Program-made: the position numbers and the translations under genes
Source: the human T2T-CHM13v2.0 reference genome, Homo sapiens
Assembly: GCF_009914755.1 (NCBI RefSeq)
Contig: NC_060939.1
Length of the DNA stretch: 64,000 nucleotides
Strand: one strand, 5' to 3'
Notes under the pieces: model-generated
Databases searched by the model: none
Told to the model about the DNA's origin: nothing
Seen by the model: the letters and a program-made list of their open reading frames with translations, nothing else
Shown: positions 61,501 through 64,000 of the stretch, piece after piece
Layout of the letters: each line of letters starts with the position of its first letter
Numbering within the stretch: position 1 is the first letter of the stretch

Positions 61501-62458
61501 GGATAAACTAGAAATGAAGGTCAGTAATGCTCTAAAATACACCGTAAAACTATTCTGAGAAATCTGGACTAACTTCAAAAACTAAAATCAAAAAAGCCTT
61601 TTCTATTCTTTGATTAAATGAGCACTCTGAAGTTATCATTGATTATGTAAATTGAAATAGACACCTAGATTGATCATTATCTAAACACTGAAACTACAGA
61701 GAGATAACTGCACTGTTCACTATTATTGTACGTTCTATATTCCTATAATCCCATGGGTCAAGCTTCTCCATCTTTGAGACACTTAGTAGTAAAAGTATAC
61801 GGACATATTCAGAATAGTTGCCCTTGAATAGCAAAGGATTATCTGCTAAAGCAGAGCTATCTCTGTGTCCTCGAACCGGACTCATCCGTCATCAGATGAC
61901 ACTCAAAGCTTGTGAGGTAATGATGTACTACACAGCTGTCTGATCTTCAGATGACACTTTGGAGGCTGATGATAAACTACAGGTCTGACAACTCACTTTC
62001 CATTTTAAGATATTTCTTGAACTTTTTCTTGTTGTGACAGGCAACCAAATTGATTAAGCCTAGTCATGGGATTTGACACTACAGCCAGTAGACTTCTATT
62101 TGTTGATTGCTATTGATTTTCTTTGATACTTCATTTAAAAATCAATAGTTGGAAAGAAAAATAGGCTTGGTTTACACATACTTAAACATACTATTGTATG
62201 CTGGAGGAGGCACAAGTTTGGCAGAGCTTTGGCATCCAATTATAAGAAGAGCTCTTAACAGGTGAAAGCAAGGGCTTTAGATCGATATGCAGTTTTCTTT
62301 CTCAATCAAGGAAAGTGGCTATAAATTAGGCTCATCAGTGTTATTTCCAAGGCTTTCATGAAGCAAACAACTTTAAACTTTTTTTGTCTTCCTTGGATTT
62401 ACATTAAAAGATACATCACTAAGAGTTTTTCTTTTGCTTTTAAGGGTATTTAAGGTAC

Positions 62459-62595
62459 CTGAAGTTCATCCGGGCTTTTATCTTTTTGGCTTTTTTTTTA
62501 TTTTTTTGCCGCTCTTCTCCATCTTTCAAAGCTTCTGCTGGAGCTGTACTTTCAACCACAATGTCAATAATGTACTTCTTCAAGGAAAGATGCTC
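62459..62595 (-). CDS. SCAPER: Internal coding exon (137 nt, phase 0 to 2) of SCAPER, S-phase cyclin A-associated protein in the ER
   Basis: Minus strand ttatttatcttgcag|GAGCAT...AACTTCAG|gtacct. Encodes EHLSLKKYIIDIVVESTAPAEALKDGEERQKNKKKAKKIKARMNF+AG with no stops. Joins in frame to the exon at 18580-18645. Peptide recognised from memory. Confidence 0.9.
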
Positions 62596-62829
62596 CTGCA
62601 AGATAAATAAATAAAATAATAATAATGAGGATGATCATTTAAATATAATATAGGATTGCTATAGACTACAGTGAGTTTAAGACATTTGATGAAACTAAAA
62701 GTAATCTCCGTAATACACTGGTTTCTACAATTGTTATGGAAAACGTTGAAGAAACTGTTTTACTTAAGGATTTTACATCACTGACTTCACTTCATTGCAT
62801 ATCAATTGTGCCAATGCTAAGGCTACATG

Positions 62830-63235
62830 GACATAAACCCTACCAAGATATCACACAAGTAGAGTAGGAAAGGTAAAATATATTCACAAAACTATAATAT
62901 CATCTATAATACCAAGCCAATCAGAGATTTAGAGTGCCGTTAAGAACCCGAAGAGGGAAACAAGATCACTGTTCACTAGGCGGAAGAGGGGGAAACTTCA
63001 GCAAGGAAGCACCATATCTGCTATCCCTTGAAGAAAGGATAAAATGTGAACATACGGATATTAGGTAAGTATATTTGGCCTGTGAGTAGGGTGAGGCTGC
63101 AGGAAGGAAAAAGAAGGTCATCTCAGAAAACACATCCTAGAGATGAGAAAGTGGAATGTGGGTATCCACAGCAAAACTTTGGTTCAGCAAGAGCACATAG
63201 TGTTTGGTCAAGTTCCCCTCCTTATCCATCTTAGA
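62830..63235 (-). mobile_element. L2 fragment
   Basis: Recalled degenerate L2 3' motifs. Confidence 0.45.
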
Positions 63236-63239
63236 TTTT

Positions 63240-64000
63240 ATGGCCTATCACTATAATCATTCTGTTGCCTGTGCTCAACTCTTTTCCCCCTTTCTTCTTT
63301 CATACATGCATGGCAAAATCCCAATCCTAAATTCAACTCTCTCCCTATTCTGAGCCTATGTCTGAAGCAGATTAATGTGGCTATAATTACAAACTTTAAA
63401 TTTATGAAATTACACCTCAAGTGGCCTCTAGTATTCCCAGGCAGTCAAGCAACTTTACATTAGTTAATCTACACACTTGCCTTGCTAAAAATTATTTTAG
63501 ACTCTCTCCTTAAATCTCCAATATCCGTCATCTCCTAACCCCATCTCTCAGTTCATGACTATGTTTATTTGATTAAGGAAAACAGCATTATTCAGACGAG
63601 AGCTTCCACACACTCCCACAGCTAAATGTATCAAACAATGTGCATATGTGCCCGTACACTCTCTTCCCTCCTGTTATAATATATGAACACCTGTTCCTAT
63701 CTAAGAGCAAGTCCTCCAAATATAAACTGGATCCCATTCCTTGTCTCGCATTTTTATGGTTATTTCTCCTCTTATCTACATCATCAGTTTTCCCGTTTCT
63801 ACTTAAATCATCTCAAAAGGATTCTTGTTTGTATGTCTCTGATCAGCTACTATCCTTTTGTACCAAAATTTGTTGAAACAAGTGTATTTTGCCTCTACTT
63901 CCTTAGCTCTCATTCGCTCCCAAACTCATTTTAGTCCAGCTTTTGCCCTTACCACCCTTACCAATCTACAAATTTTCCTTGTCAAGGTCAGTAACGCCAG
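63240..64000 (+). mobile_element. L2 ORF2-region fragment
   Basis: ctggatcccattcctt...cttgtcaaggtca, pyrimidine-rich L2 pattern. Confidence 0.65.

Noticed and set aside
61860-61900. Hammerhead-ribozyme-like text on the gene strand (CTGATGACGGATGAGTCCGGTTCGAGGAC)
   Set aside because: A stem-II-like GTCC/GGAC is present, but it is followed by ACAG rather than the essential GAAA and preceded by CGGATGA rather than CTGATGA. No stems I/III were found.

Overview
Primate (almost certainly human) genomic DNA, roughly 85-90% transposable-element-derived by my rough estimate. It is intronic sequence of a minus-strand gene. Two small coding exons missed by the ORF track (62459-62595 and 18580-18645) splice in frame across a 43.8 kb intron to give EHLSLKKYIIDIVVESTAPAEALKDGEERQKNKKKAKKIKARMNFR|AKEYESLMETKNSGSDSPYKAK, which I recognise from memory as SCAPER (15q24.3). 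The rest is nested LINE-1 of many ages (L1PA3/4 to L1M), about 20 Alus, a 5'-deleted HERV-K env + 3' LTR remnant (MER11D/HML-7-like), other LTRs, DNA transposon fossils (MER20, MER30, MER82, MER2, Charlie), L2 and MIR. Nearly all listed ORFs are repeat-derived. I found no new multi-gene system. The more interesting observations are structural: 3'-end loss in large gene-sense L1s, a twin-priming inversion, an orphan 64-bp TPRT insert, templated repair scars, a coding poly(A) tract next to a weak donor, and a candidate recursive splice site. Subfamily names are recalled from consensus sequences, not from a database search, and boundaries of old repeats are approximate.
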